Positions 24,830 to 35,475 are shown, counted from the stretch's first letter. The stretch is DNA of 64,000 nt from Candidatus Multivorans azotirespirans (GCA_027493095.1 JAPVXD010000198.1:30253-94252), one strand, 5' to 3'. Program-made: numbers and translations. The notes: generated from the letters alone by a model not told the origin.

Positions 24830-25216
24830 TCAGGGCTCTGCGACCTCTGGTGACTCGTCCCGTGCCGTGCGAATGAAGTCGCGATCGAATGTGAGCATCG
24901 TCTCGCAGTGAGCGGCGACGCCAAGATGCAGGGCATCCGCGAAGTCCATGCCCTTCGCCGCCCGGTCGAGCGCCTCGACTAGCAGGTTCGGGCTCTCCAC
25001 CGTGACACCCGGCAGTCCCGAGAAGGCCCGCAAGGCCGAGGCGGCATCCTCGGCGGCAAGGCCGTAAACGCTGCGCAGGACCCACTCGCACTCAAGGAGG
25101 ACGGTCGTGCTCACGAAGACGTTCCCCGTCTCGACTACATTTCTCGCCCTGGCGGCTTGTTCCGGATCGTCGCCGGTCAGGTAGCGAACGACGACGTTGG
25201 TGTCAATCGCCCGCAT
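24830..25216 (-). CDS. vapC: Type II toxin VapC (PIN domain)
   Basis: MRAIDTNVVVRYL...TFDRDF, with PIN acidic residues in canonical positions. Overlaps the upstream antitoxin by 14 nt. Confidence 0.75.
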   Translation of the reverse strand: MRAIDTNVVVRYLTGDDPEQAARARNVVETGNVFVSTTVLLECEWVLRSVYGLAAEDAASALRAFSGLPGVTVESPNLLVEALDRAAKGMDFADALHLGVAAHCETMLTFDRDFIRTARDESPEVAEP

Positions 25217-25478
25217 GCCGTCGCCTGGCCTCGGCCAGGACGCCTTCCCGCATCTCCTGGGGGGACTTCGGTGGGCCGTCGTAGGCCACGCTGCCGAACA
25301 CGTCCTCGGGCCGGGTCTCGGGAAGCACGGGCTCGGGCTTGAGCAGGACGCCGTCGGGCGTGTTCTCCACGACGAGGCGCGTTCCGGCTGCCCAGCGCAG
25401 CTCCCGGCGAATCGCCTTGGGCAGGATCACCTGCCCCTTGGTCGAGAGTTTTGTGGTCAGTGGTTCGGGCGTGAGCAT
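25203..25478 (-). CDS. vapB: Type II antitoxin, AbrB/MazE/SpoVT-fold
   Basis: MLTPEPLTTKLSTKGQVILPKAIRRELRWAAGTRLVVE is the swapped-hairpin signature. This is the trimmed 3' part of track ORF 25203..26219. Confidence 0.65.
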   Translation of the reverse strand: MLTPEPLTTKLSTKGQVILPKAIRRELRWAAGTRLVVENTPDGVLLKPEPVLPETRPEDVFGSVAYDGPPKSPQEMREGVLAEARRRHAGD

Positions 25479-25613
25479 CGGTGGATCCCCTCCTCCATGC
25501 GGGTAAGGCGAAAGTAAGATACACCGTTCCGTGCGTGCAGCCAAGTACGGAGGTCCGCGGGCGCCGCGGCGGGAGCGCGCGGACGAGCGGCCGGCGGCGG
25601 TAGAGTCAGGTCC

Positions 25614-25997
25614 ATGAGCCAGACGCCTTCGCTCCGACGTCCTGCCGTCGTACGGCGCGCCAACGACGCGCCGGCAAACCAGGTTGAGCTGGGCACGGCG
25701 ACGACGACCCAGGTCCTGCTGGGCGCCGCCGACGACGCGCCGCACTTCGCGATGCGGCGGTTCCGCATGGAGGACGGCGGCGGCATGCCGCTGCACACGA
25801 ACCAGGTGGAGCACGAGCAGTACGTGCTCCGGGGCCGAGCCCGCATCGTGCTGGGCGACGAGACGGTCGAGGTCGGCGCCGACGACGTGCTGCTCATTCC
25901 CGCGGGTCTGCCGCACTCCTACGAAGTGATCGAGGCGCCGTTCGAGTTCCTCTGCCTGGTGCCCAACCGGCCGGACCGGATCGACCTGGTCGGCTGA
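25614..25997 (+). CDS. Cupin domain protein
   Basis: 127 aa with a H-x-H...E...H cupin metal motif region (MPLHTNQVEHEQYVL...GLPHSY). Confidence 0.65.
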   Translation: MSQTPSLRRPAVVRRANDAPANQVELGTATTTQVLLGAADDAPHFAMRRFRMEDGGGMPLHTNQVEHEQYVLRGRARIVLGDETVEVGADDVLLIPAGLPHSYEVIEAPFEFLCLVPNRPDRIDLVG

Positions 25998-25999
25998 GA

Positions 26000-27421
26000 G
26001 TGAAACCGCGCCGCCGTCCCCCGGCCGTGCTCCGCGCGGCGGGAGTCTTGCTGACGGCGGCCCTCGCAACCGAACCTGCGGGCGTCGCGCTGGCGGCCGA
26101 CGGCGAGACCCTGCCGCCCGACCTCCGCACGCGCACGGACGGCATCGACTGGCCCGGTTTCCTCGGCCCGAACCGCGATTCGAAGTCGCCCGAGACCGGC
26201 ATCCGAACCGACTGGGCAAGCGATCCGCCGCCGCTGCTCTGGCACCTCGAACTGGGCGAGGGGTACGCCGCGCCGTCGGTTGCCCGTGGGCGGCTCTTCT
26301 ACTTCACCCGTTTTGGCGACCGGGCGCGTCTGGTCGCGGTCCGCGCCGATACCGGCAAGGAACTCTGGCGCTCGGAGTACCCAACGGACTATGAGGACTA
26401 CTACGGCTACGACGGAGGGCCGCGCACGGCGCCCCTGGTCGACGGCGCGCGGGTCTACTCGGTCGGAGCGGACGGAGTTCTACGTTGCCACCGCGTGCTC
26501 GACGGCGCCGTGCTGTGGGAGTTCGACACCCACGCGGAGTACGGCGTCCAGCAGAACTTCTTCGGCGTCGCCAGTTCGCCCTGGATCGAGGACGATCTGC
26601 TGATCGTCGCGGTCGGCGGCAGTCCGGCCGGCGCCCCGAACATCCACAGCGGTGCGGTCGAGCCGAACGGCACGGCCCTGGTCGCCTTCGACAAGCGAAC
26701 GGGCGAGGAGCGCTACCGGGTTGGCGACGACCTGGCCAGCTACGCGAGCCCCGTGGTGATCGACTTCGACGGCAGGCGCCGGGGCTTCCACTTCGCCCGC
26801 TCCGGCCTCATCCTCTTCGACCCGAAAGACGGCCGGGAGATCGACGGCTTCGGCTGGAGGGCGCGCCGGCTGACCAGCGTGAACGCCGCGAACCCGGTCG
26901 TGGTCGGCAACCGGGTGCTGCTCACCGAGTCCTACGAGAAGGGCGCGGTACTGCTCGAGTACGGCGACGGGAAGGGCGGCGAGACCGGCTTCCGATCGAT
27001 CTGGCAGGACGGTCCGCGCGACCAGTCGATCGCCGCCCACTGGAACACACCCGTCTACCACGAGGGGATCGTCTACGTCTCGAGCGGTGAGAAGTCGCCG
27101 AACGCCGAGCTGCGGGCGGTCGACTGGGCGACCGGCGAGGTCCACTGGAGCCAGCCCCGCCTCGCCCGCACCCAGTTGCTTTATGTCGACGACCACTTCG
27201 TCGTGCACAGCGAGGTCGGCGATCTGCTGCTCATCCGGGCGACCCCCGAGAGCTACCAGCAGGTCGCGCACATTCGTCTGCGGGCCGAAGTCGACGGCCG
27301 CACCGTCGATCTGCTGCGATATCCGGCCTGGGCGGCGCCGGTGCTGTCCCACGGCGTGCTCTACGTGCGTGGCCGAAGCCGGCTGGCCGCGCTGGAACTC
27401 ATCCCGCCGCCAGCCCCGTGA
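26000..27421 (+). CDS. PQQ-like beta-propeller repeat protein (BamB/PQQ-binding-like fold), secreted
   Basis: Signal peptide, then repeated W/Y...G...L.A.D..TG motifs. GTG start lies 2 nt after the cupin stop. Confidence 0.7.
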   Translation: MKPRRRPPAVLRAAGVLLTAALATEPAGVALAADGETLPPDLRTRTDGIDWPGFLGPNRDSKSPETGIRTDWASDPPPLLWHLELGEGYAAPSVARGRLFYFTRFGDRARLVAVRADTGKELWRSEYPTDYEDYYGYDGGPRTAPLVDGARVYSVGADGVLRCHRVLDGAVLWEFDTHAEYGVQQNFFGVASSPWIEDDLLIVAVGGSPAGAPNIHSGAVEPNGTALVAFDKRTGEERYRVGDDLASYASPVVIDFDGRRRGFHFARSGLILFDPKDGREIDGFGWRARRLTSVNAANPVVVGNRVLLTESYEKGAVLLEYGDGKGGETGFRSIWQDGPRDQSIAAHWNTPVYHEGIVYVSSGEKSPNAELRAVDWATGEVHWSQPRLARTQLLYVDDHFVVHSEVGDLLLIRATPESYQQVAHIRLRAEVDGRTVDLLRYPAWAAPVLSHGVLYVRGRSRLAALELIPPPAP

Positions 27422-30400
27422 CGGATCTACTACCGGCGTCGATCCTGGTTTCGAGCTCCGCCGGGGCTCGCTTGGCGGAGGCGGGAAAGAGACTCCGCGA
27501 GTGTCTGGAAACGGGCGACGAGGTTCTGCTCCTGGGACCGTCCCGCGGCGCCGCGGACGACCTGTTGCGAGGCTTGACAGGCACTGGCGACGGTCTCCTG
27601 GGCGTTCACGCGATGTCGTTCCACCAGTGGGCGCTCCAGGCCGCCGCGCTCGACCTGGCCGCCCGCGATCTTCGCCCCATCACACCGCTCGGAACCGAGG
27701 CCATAGCGGCCCGCGCGGCGCGGTTGGCTGCCGCCGAGGGGAAACTGGAGCGCCTGTCGCCGGTCGCCGGCATGCCGGGCTTCGCCCGTTCGCTGGCGGC
27801 GACGCTCGACGAACTGCGGTCGGCCGGCGTTTCGCCGTCAACCCTGGCCGGGGATGAGGGTACGCGGGACCTGGGCCGCCTGCTCGAGCGCTTTGCCGAC
27901 GAGATGAAGCGATTCGGGCTTGCCGACCGGTCCGCCGTCCTCAAGCTGGCCGCGGCGGCGCTCGGGGAGGGGCGGGCGATCGTGCCGCCGCGCTCGATCT
28001 GGCTGGACCTCTCGGTGCGCAGCCGCGCCCAGGCCGACCTGTTGAGGGCACTTGCCGGGCGTAGCCGGGAGGTCGTGGCGACCGTCGCCGCGGGTGACGG
28101 CGAGTCGCTTGAGTGGCTGACCTCGGCGCTGGGCGCCGAGGCCGTAGCGAACGTCGACCAGGATACGGACGGCGAGGCGGGGACAGTGCTTGGCCGCGTA
28201 CAACGTTTCGCGTTCGAGACGGGCGTGGACGTGGAGGGGACGCCTCCGGCGGAGCCGCCACCGCCAGGTGGAGGGCCGCCGTCCGTCGACCTGTTCTCGG
28301 CCGCCGGAGAGGGCCAGGAGTGCGTGGAGATCGCGCGCCGCATCCGTCGTGCCGCGGCCGACGGGCTCGCCTTTGACCGCATCGCGATCCTCGTGCGGCA
28401 GCCCACGGCCTACCTGCCCCTCATCGAAGATGCACTTGGCCGGGCCAGCGTTCCGGCCTACGTCACGCGAGGCTCGCTTCGCCCCAACCCGGCCGGCCGC
28501 GCTTTCCTGGCCCTGCTCGCCTGCGCCGGTGAACGGCTCTCGGCGAGCCGGTTCGCGGAGTATCTGTCGCTCGGCCAGACGCCGGAGCCGGCGGCGGACG
28601 GTGCGCCGCCGAAGGTTGACGAGGTGCCCTGGGTGGAACCAGCCGGTGAGCAGCTCGTGCTGAAGTCACCGGAAGCGACGAATCCGGAGTTCACGGTTGT
28701 CGACGCAGACGATGCCGGCGAATCCGACGAAGACGCGGCGCCCGCCGGCGCTCTCCGGGCCCCTGCGCGGTGGGAACGGCTTCTGGTGGACGCCGCCGTG
28801 GTGGGTGGCGCCGGGCGCTGGCGGAAGCGACTGGAGGGACTCGACGCCGAGTTCCGGCTGCGGCTGCGCGAAGTCGAGGAGGAGAACGAGGGCCACAGGG
28901 GCTACCTCGAGCGTCAGATCGCGCGTCTCGGCACGCTCCAGAGCTTCGCACTGCCCCTGGTGGGGTTTCTGGACGGTCTGCCGGAGAGTGCCGATTGGGG
29001 TGTGTGGCTCGACCGTCTCGGCGAGCTGGCGACGATGGCGCTGCGGCGCCCGCAGTCCGTGCTTGAAGTCCTGGCGGAACTGCGGCCGCTCTCGGAGGTC
29101 GACGAAGTCGGCCTCCCCGAGGTCGAGCGCGTACTCGCCGAGCGCCTCAGGTTCAGGTGGCGCGAACCGCCGAAGCGTCGCTATGGGCGCGTCTTCGTGG
29201 GTGTGGCGGAGGAGGCGGCCGGACGTTCCTTCGATCTTGTGTTCGTGCCGGGCCTGGCCGAGGGAGTCTTCCCGCGGCGGTCCGGCGAGGACGCCCTGCT
29301 GCTCGATGATCGGCGGCGAGCCCTGAGCGGAGCGGGCTACCGCCTGGCGGTCGACGTCGACCGCACCCGCCGGGAACAACTCCTGCTCCGCCTGGCCGCC
29401 GGCGCGGCGGCTCATACGCTGGTTGCCTCGTACCCACGAGTCGATCTCGTGCAGGGTCGGGCCCGAGTGCCGTCGCTGTACGCCCTCGACCTGCTGCGGG
29501 CGGCCGAGGGTCGGTTGCCCGACCTCGACACCCTCGGCCGGCGGGCCGCGGCCGCCGGCGCCGCGATCGTCGGCTGGCCGGCGCCCGCCAACCCGGACGA
29601 GGCGATCGACGAAGCGGAGTTCGACCTCGCCATGCTCCAGCCGCTGCTCGGCGGTGGACTGTCGGACGCTGAACGCCGGGGCAGGGCGCGGTTCCTGCTG
29701 TCCTCGAACGAGCACCTTGCGCGGGCGCTACGGGCCCGGGCCAGACGCTGGCGCAAGGGCTGGTTTCCGGTCGACGGCCTGGTGGACGTGGGTGACGAGG
29801 CCCGGGAAGTCCTGTCCCGCCATCGCGTCGGGGCCCGCTCCTACTCGCCGACGGCGCTGCAGAACTTCGCCGCCTGTCCCTACCGGTTCTTCCTTGGAGC
29901 GGTGCTACGCCTGTACCCGCGCGACGAACTCGTGCAACTGGAGCAGTTGGATCCCCTGACCCGCGGCAGCATCTTTCACGAGATCCAGTTCCGGCTGTTC
30001 GGCGCCCTCCGCGAGGCGGAGTTCTTGCCGGTGACATCCGCAAGGCTCGAGGAAGCGTTCAGCGTGCTGGACGCTGTGCTGGAGGAAGCCGAACGCGACT
30101 TCCGGGACCAGCTGGCGCCGCCGATCGAGCGCGTATGGCAGGCCGAGTTCGAAGGCCTTCGCGGGGACCTTCGCGGTTGGCTGCGCCAGGTGGCGGAGGA
30201 GGGCGGCCTGTGGACGCCGGTCCACGCCGAACTCGGGTTCGGCCTGGCGCGGTCGCGCGATCGGGACCCGCGGAGCGTTCGGGAAGCCGCCCCGGTCCTG
30301 GAGGTTGCGCGGCTCCGAGGGTCGATCGACCTGGTCGAAGCGGACAGCGCCGGTCGCCTGCGGGTGACGGACCACAAGACCGGCGGCGCGCGCCACGCCG

Positions 30401-30756
30401 GCACGTCTCTCGTGATCGGCGGCGGCAAAGTGCTGCAGCCGGTCCTCTACAGCCTGGCGGCCGAGGCCGTGCTCGGCCGGGACGTCGTCTCGGGCCGGCT
30501 CTTCTACTGCACGCAGCGCGGCGGTTACAGCCTTGTCTCCGTCCCGCTCGACGAGCGAAGCCGCGGCGCGGTCCGCAGGATGCTGGCCACCGTCGACGGC
30601 GCGCTCGAGGAGGGCTTTCTGCCCGCGGCGCCCGGCAAGGACGAGTGCCGGTACTGCGACTACCGCCCGGTGTGCGGCCCGTACGAGGACCTGCGCGTCG
30701 CCCGCAAGCAGAAGAGTCGGCTCGGAGCGCTCAACGACTTGAGGCTCGAACCATGA
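27418..30756 (+). CDS. addB: Helicase-nuclease complex subunit AddB (PD-(D/E)XK nuclease with Fe-S cysteine cluster)
   Basis: 1112 aa with a C-terminal RVTDHKTG nuclease motif and CRYCDYRPVC cysteine cluster. Overlaps the PQQ gene stop (GTGA) and the addA start (ATGA). Confidence 0.8.
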   Translation: MTDLLPASILVSSSAGARLAEAGKRLRECLETGDEVLLLGPSRGAADDLLRGLTGTGDGLLGVHAMSFHQWALQAAALDLAARDLRPITPLGTEAIAARAARLAAAEGKLERLSPVAGMPGFARSLAATLDELRSAGVSPSTLAGDEGTRDLGRLLERFADEMKRFGLADRSAVLKLAAAALGEGRAIVPPRSIWLDLSVRSRAQADLLRALAGRSREVVATVAAGDGESLEWLTSALGAEAVANVDQDTDGEAGTVLGRVQRFAFETGVDVEGTPPAEPPPPGGGPPSVDLFSAAGEGQECVEIARRIRRAAADGLAFDRIAILVRQPTAYLPLIEDALGRASVPAYVTRGSLRPNPAGRAFLALLACAGERLSASRFAEYLSLGQTPEPAADGAPPKVDEVPWVEPAGEQLVLKSPEATNPEFTVVDADDAGESDEDAAPAGALRAPARWERLLVDAAVVGGAGRWRKRLEGLDAEFRLRLREVEEENEGHRGYLERQIARLGTLQSFALPLVGFLDGLPESADWGVWLDRLGELATMALRRPQSVLEVLAELRPLSEVDEVGLPEVERVLAERLRFRWREPPKRRYGRVFVGVAEEAAGRSFDLVFVPGLAEGVFPRRSGEDALLLDDRRRALSGAGYRLAVDVDRTRREQLLLRLAAGAAAHTLVASYPRVDLVQGRARVPSLYALDLLRAAEGRLPDLDTLGRRAAAAGAAIVGWPAPANPDEAIDEAEFDLAMLQPLLGGGLSDAERRGRARFLLSSNEHLARALRARARRWRKGWFPVDGLVDVGDEAREVLSRHRVGARSYSPTALQNFAACPYRFFLGAVLRLYPRDELVQLEQLDPLTRGSIFHEIQFRLFGALREAEFLPVTSARLEEAFSVLDAVLEEAERDFRDQLAPPIERVWQAEFEGLRGDLRGWLRQVAEEGGLWTPVHAELGFGLARSRDRDPRSVREAAPVLEVARLRGSIDLVEADSAGRLRVTDHKTGGARHAGTSLVIGGGKVLQPVLYSLAAEAVLGRDVVSGRLFYCTQRGGYSLVSVPLDERSRGAVRRMLATVDGALEEGFLPAAPGKDECRYCDYRPVCGPYEDLRVARKQKSRLGALNDLRLEP

Positions 30757-33700
30757 CCGGCCAGGCCGCGCCGCCACTCGCGGACGAAACCGCCCGCCGG
30801 CGGATCCGGGAGGCGCTGGGTGAGAGCCAACTCGTCGAGGCGGCCGCCGGCACCGGCAAGACGACCGTGCTCGTCGAGCGGCTGGTGGCCCTCCTGGAGC
30901 AGGGCCTGGGCACCGTCGACGGGCTGGCGGCCGTCACCTTCACGCGCAAGGCCGCGGGCGAACTGAAGCTACGCCTGCGCGAGGAACTGGACAGGAGGCT
31001 GGTCGAGCTGCGCGCCGCGGGCGTTGCCGACGGGCGCACCCAGAACCTGGAGGCGGCGATCTCGCGCCTGGAGGAGGCGTCGATCGGTACGATCCACTCG
31101 CTTTGCGCCGAGATCCTCCGGGAACGGCCGGTCGAAGCCGGCGTCGATCCGGGCTTCGGCGAACTGGCCGAGGACGAGGCGCCGCGTCTCTTCAACCGCG
31201 CCTTCCGGAGCTGGATCGAGGAGCAACTCGAATCGATGCCGCCCGGTCTGCGCCGGGAACTGGCGCGGCTCACGGCCGGGCCGTGGTCACCGCGGCAGCC
31301 GCCGCTGGACCGGTTGCGCGACACCGCTCTTCGACTGGTCGAATGGCGCGATTTCCCGTCGAGTTGGCGGCGGCCGGACTTCGACCGCGAAGCGCAACTC
31401 GGGGATCTCGCGACGCGCGTGGAGCGTCTCGCCGACCTCGTGCGGCACGGGCGGCGCGGCGACATCCTGCGGCGCGGCCTCGACCGGGTCGTCGAGCTGG
31501 CGGCCTGGATCGCCCGGGCGCGGGAGCTGGGCGCCTCGAAGCCGGACGGCGGTGGCGTGGAAGCGGACGGCGGCGAGGCGGTTCAGGATCAACTGGAGGC
31601 ACGGCTCGTCGAGCTGCGGCGTCGTCTGAGCGGCTATGGCGCTCCCCGCAAGGGTCGCGGCGGCTTCGCGGAGGGTGTCGCGCGGGACCAGGTGTGGGAG
31701 TTCTGGCGGCGGCTGGCGGAGCGGCTGGAGCAGTTCGTGGAGGCGGCCGACGCGGATCTCGCGGCGTTGCTCCGCGACGAGCTGGCCGGTGCGGTCGAGC
31801 GTTACGAAGAGGCAAAGAACTCTCTCGGCAAGCTGGACTTCCATGACCTCCTGATCAAGGCTCGGGACCTGCTGCGTTCTGACGGCACGGTCCGAGCCCA
31901 CCTTCAGCGGCGCTACAGCCATCTGTTCATCGACGAGTTCCAGGACACGGATCCGCTTCAGGCGGAGATCCTGCTTCTGCTGGCCGCCGACAGTCCCGAA
32001 CCGTGCGACTGGAGGGAGGTGCGGCCGGCAGCAGGCAAGCTCTTCGTCGTCGGCGATCCGAAGCAGTCGATCTATCGCTTCCGCCGCGCCGACGTGGTGC
32101 TTTACCACGACGTCAAGGAGATGCTCGCCGGCCGCGGCGTCGAGGTCCTCCACCTGACGACCAGCTTCCGGTCGGTCGGGCCGATCCAGCGAGCCGTGAA
32201 CGCTGCTTTCGCGCCGCTGATGACCGGCGACCATCAAGCCGGCAGCGCGGACTACATCGCCCTCGGCGAGCACCGCGAATCGATCGCCGGCCAGCCCGCC
32301 GTGATCGCCTTGCCGGCACCCAGACCGTACGGATCCCGCAACCTGAGCAATCGGGAGATCGAGGCGTGCCAGCCGTATGCCACGGTCGAGTTCGTGCGCT
32401 GGCTGATCGAAGACAGCGGGTTCGAGGTCGAGGTTCCGGACCCGGACCGGCCCGGACAGCGCATGCGGTCGCGGATCCGGCCCCGGGACGTCTGCCTCCT
32501 CTTCCGCCGGTTCCTGAGCTGGAACCGGGACACGTCCCGCGAGTACGTTCGGGGACTGGAGGCCGTGGGCATTCCCCATCTCCTGCTCGGCGCCCGCTCC
32601 TTCCACGAGCGGGAAGAGGTGGAGGCGCTGCGGTCGGCACTGAAGGCGGTGGAGTGGCCGGATGACGATCTCTCCGTCTACGCGACGTTGCGGGGAGGGC
32701 TGTTCGCGTTCGACGACGAGTTGCTGCTGCTGTTCAAGGCCCGCTACGGCACCTGGCATCCGCTTCAGGGCCCGCGGCGAGCACGCGAGGACGGCGAACC
32801 ACCCGAGGAGTTCCGGTCCGTGGTCGAGGTGCTGGACTTCCTCGCCGAGCTCCACCGCCGGCGGAACTATCGGCCGATCGTGCGCACCGTGCAGGAAGTA
32901 CTGGCCAGGCCCCGGGCCCAGGCGTCGATGGCGTTGCGGCCGGCTGGCAACCAGGTGCTGGGCAACGCGCAGCGGGTGTGCGATCTCGCCCGCCGCTACG
33001 AGCTCGCGGGCGGCCGCTCCTTCCGCGGTTTCGTCGAGCAGTTGGACGAGGAGGCCGAACGGCCGGCGAGCACGCAGGCCCCGGTGGTCGAGGAGGACGC
33101 GGAGGGCGTGCGGATCATGACGGTCCACACCGCGAAGGGGCTGGAATTCCCGGTCGTCATCCTCGCCGATATGACGGCCGGCCTGTCCCGCGGCGCCGAA
33201 CGGACCGTGCGCCCGGAGGACGGCCTGTGCGCGATGAGGCTCCTCGGCCTGTCACCTCAGGAGCTGCTGGACGCGAAGGAGATCGAGGACCGGCGAGAGG
33301 AGGCGGAGGGCGTGCGGGTCGCCTACGTGGCGGCGACTCGCGCCCGCGACCTGCTCGTCGTGCCGGCGGTCGGCGACGCGCAACGGAAGGGTTGGGTCCA
33401 GTGTCTGAACGATGCGGTCTACCCGCCGGCGGAGCAGTGGCGGCAGTCCGAGCCGGCGGAGGGCTGTCCGGCGTTCGGCGAGCGCACTGTCGCCAGGCGT
33501 CCACACGACTACGAGAATCAGCCCGAGACGTCGGTCCGGCCGGGCCGCCACAGTTTCCCGGGCGTCGCGGGCGAGGCCGGTGACACGGGCTACGACGTCG
33601 TCTGGTGGGACGCCGAGTTGCTCGACGGGAAACCGCCGGCGAGCTACGGTCTGCTGGGCGAGGATCTGCTGGTTGAAGCCGGCGACGACGCGAACCGCGA

Positions 33701-34334
33701 ACGATTCGAAGGCTGGCAGCGCCATGGTGAGGAGCTGGTTGCCCGTGGCTCGGAGCCGAGCGTGTCGCCCGTAGCGGTCACCGAGCTCGACTTCGAACCG
33801 CCGGGTGACCCTGTCGACGTCGTGATCGAGGAACTGCCGCGGTCAGGCGACCGGCCCGGCGGGAAGCGCTTCGGCAGTCTCGTTCACACCGTGCTGCGCG
33901 ACGTCCCGCTGTCAGGCAAAGCGGAGCGGATCGGGGATCTGGCACGGCTTCACGGCGCTCTGCTCGGCTCGACGGCCGCCGAGGTGACGGCGGCGGAGGC
34001 TGTGGTGACGGCGGCGCTTGCCAGCCCGGCCGCTGAAGCCGCCCGGACGTCGCAACGAGTGCTGCGCGAGACACCTTTTCTCCTGCCCCTGGACGGCGAG
34101 GCGGAGCACCGGATCGTCGAGGGCGCGATCGACCTCGCCCACGTCGACGATGAGGGCGGTTGGATCGTCGTTGACTGGAAGACCGATCTCGGCGATCTCG
34201 ACGCCCCCGCCGGGGCTACCGGCGGCAACGGCGTCTCCCGCGGTGAGCGCTACCGCCGGCAGGTCCGCTGGTACTGCTTTGCGCTGGAGCAGTTGACCGG
34301 CAGCCCGGCTTCGGGCCGGCTGGTGTTGCTCTAG
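30753..34334 (+). CDS. addA: ATP-dependent helicase/nuclease subunit AddA (UvrD-like helicase + C-terminal nuclease)
   Basis: Walker A AAAGTGKTT, UvrD motifs and the C-terminal nuclease motif DLAHVDDEGGWIVVDWKTD. Start is the ATG at 30753, not the upstream ATG of the track ORF. Confidence 0.85.
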   Translation: MTGQAAPPLADETARRRIREALGESQLVEAAAGTGKTTVLVERLVALLEQGLGTVDGLAAVTFTRKAAGELKLRLREELDRRLVELRAAGVADGRTQNLEAAISRLEEASIGTIHSLCAEILRERPVEAGVDPGFGELAEDEAPRLFNRAFRSWIEEQLESMPPGLRRELARLTAGPWSPRQPPLDRLRDTALRLVEWRDFPSSWRRPDFDREAQLGDLATRVERLADLVRHGRRGDILRRGLDRVVELAAWIARARELGASKPDGGGVEADGGEAVQDQLEARLVELRRRLSGYGAPRKGRGGFAEGVARDQVWEFWRRLAERLEQFVEAADADLAALLRDELAGAVERYEEAKNSLGKLDFHDLLIKARDLLRSDGTVRAHLQRRYSHLFIDEFQDTDPLQAEILLLLAADSPEPCDWREVRPAAGKLFVVGDPKQSIYRFRRADVVLYHDVKEMLAGRGVEVLHLTTSFRSVGPIQRAVNAAFAPLMTGDHQAGSADYIALGEHRESIAGQPAVIALPAPRPYGSRNLSNREIEACQPYATVEFVRWLIEDSGFEVEVPDPDRPGQRMRSRIRPRDVCLLFRRFLSWNRDTSREYVRGLEAVGIPHLLLGARSFHEREEVEALRSALKAVEWPDDDLSVYATLRGGLFAFDDELLLLFKARYGTWHPLQGPRRAREDGEPPEEFRSVVEVLDFLAELHRRRNYRPIVRTVQEVLARPRAQASMALRPAGNQVLGNAQRVCDLARRYELAGGRSFRGFVEQLDEEAERPASTQAPVVEEDAEGVRIMTVHTAKGLEFPVVILADMTAGLSRGAERTVRPEDGLCAMRLLGLSPQELLDAKEIEDRREEAEGVRVAYVAATRARDLLVVPAVGDAQRKGWVQCLNDAVYPPAEQWRQSEPAEGCPAFGERTVARRPHDYENQPETSVRPGRHSFPGVAGEAGDTGYDVVWWDAELLDGKPPASYGLLGEDLLVEAGDDANRERFEGWQRHGEELVARGSEPSVSPVAVTELDFEPPGDPVDVVIEELPRSGDRPGGKRFGSLVHTVLRDVPLSGKAERIGDLARLHGALLGSTAAEVTAAEAVVTAALASPAAEAARTSQRVLRETPFLLPLDGEAEHRIVEGAIDLAHVDDEGGWIVVDWKTDLGDLDAPAGATGGNGVSRGERYRRQVRWYCFALEQLTGSPASGRLVLL

Positions 34335-34341
34335 CTGGGGA

Positions 34342-35475
34342 CTAGACCACCTCGCCGATGTAGCGCTCCCGCGCCAGCCGCCAGAACACGACCAGGAAAG
34401 CGGTCAGCGGAATCGCCAGGATCATGCCGGCGATGCCGTTGAGCGCCGAGCCCCAGAAGAAGACCGCGACGATGATCGCCATCGGGTGAAGGCCGGTACG
34501 GTCGCCCATGATCCGCGGCGTCAGCACGTAGGCCTCGATCAACTGGACGAGCGCGAAAACGACGAGCACCCAGATGACGAGGTTGAGCCCGCCGCCCTCC
34601 TGCCAGTAGCCGATCGGCAGCGCCACAGCGAGGCCGACGATGCTCCCGAGGTACGGAATGATGTTCAGGAAGCCGAGCGCAAGACCGAGGACCAGTCCAT
34701 AGCGCAGCCCGGCGATGGAGAAGCCGATGGCGAACAGCGCTCCCTGGAGGAAGGCGACGACGAGCTGGCCGCGGAAGAACGCCACCAGGATGTCGATGAA
34801 CTCCTGAATCAGGTAGACGACGTCCTCGCGGGTCCTCGGCTTGAGGAAGGGGAAGAGGTGGTCCAGCTTGCGGAAGCGGTCGGGGTCGATGATCAGGAAG
34901 AAGCAGAGGTAGACCGGCAGGACGGCCCAGGCGAACAGGGAGGCGAGGCCGGCTCCGATGCCCTGGAGGACATCCAGAGTGGTGTCGCCGACGGCGCCGA
35001 AGCCGGGTAGAAGACTGGTCAGGTCCATGTCCTCTACCGCGTCGCGGACCCGGCTCCCGAGGGGATTGGTCTCCATGAACTCGTTGAACGCCGGCAAGGT
35101 CTCGGCTACCCAATCCACCACGCGATCCGATGCTTCGGGAAGCGCGTCGATCAACCCCGTCATCTGTGACGCTGCCAGTGCGCCGAAGAACCAGGCGAAG
35201 CCGGCTACGGGCAGCAGCAGGGACAGCAGCACCGCGGCCACTGCCAGAATCTTCGGGAACCGCAGCCGCTCGTTCAAGAGCTCGTAGTAGGGCCGGAGTA
35301 CGAACGCGAGAACCGCCGCGACCGCCAGCGGCAGGAAGACGTTCGAGAAGGCCGCGAAGAAACTGCCGATGGCCCAGAACAGCGCGACGACCGCGGCCAG
35401 GATGACGGCGGCCGCGGCAATCGTCGCGGCGGCGGCTACGGTGGCGCGTTGGCGTTCGGAGAGTTCGATCTGCAC
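34342..35475 (-). CDS. AI-2E family transporter (PerM/UPF0118)
   Basis: 377-aa polytopic membrane protein with the family-typical ...LNIIPYLGSIVG... region. Confidence 0.8.
   Translation of the reverse strand: MQIELSERQRATVAAAATIAAAAVILAAVVALFWAIGSFFAAFSNVFLPLAVAAVLAFVLRPYYELLNERLRFPKILAVAAVLLSLLLPVAGFAWFFGALAASQMTGLIDALPEASDRVVDWVAETLPAFNEFMETNPLGSRVRDAVEDMDLTSLLPGFGAVGDTTLDVLQGIGAGLASLFAWAVLPVYLCFFLIIDPDRFRKLDHLFPFLKPRTREDVVYLIQEFIDILVAFFRGQLVVAFLQGALFAIGFSIAGLRYGLVLGLALGFLNIIPYLGSIVGLAVALPIGYWQEGGGLNLVIWVLVVFALVQLIEAYVLTPRIMGDRTGLHPMAIIVAVFFWGSALNGIAGMILAIPLTAFLVVFWRLARERYIGEVV

Noticed and set aside
30135-34334. 1399-aa ORF extending addA 200 codons upstream into addB
   Set aside because: The upstream part is off-frame, Arg/Pro/Gly-rich translation of the addB 3' end. 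The ATG at 30753, in an ATGA overlap with the addB stop, is followed directly by the UvrD-type Walker A region.
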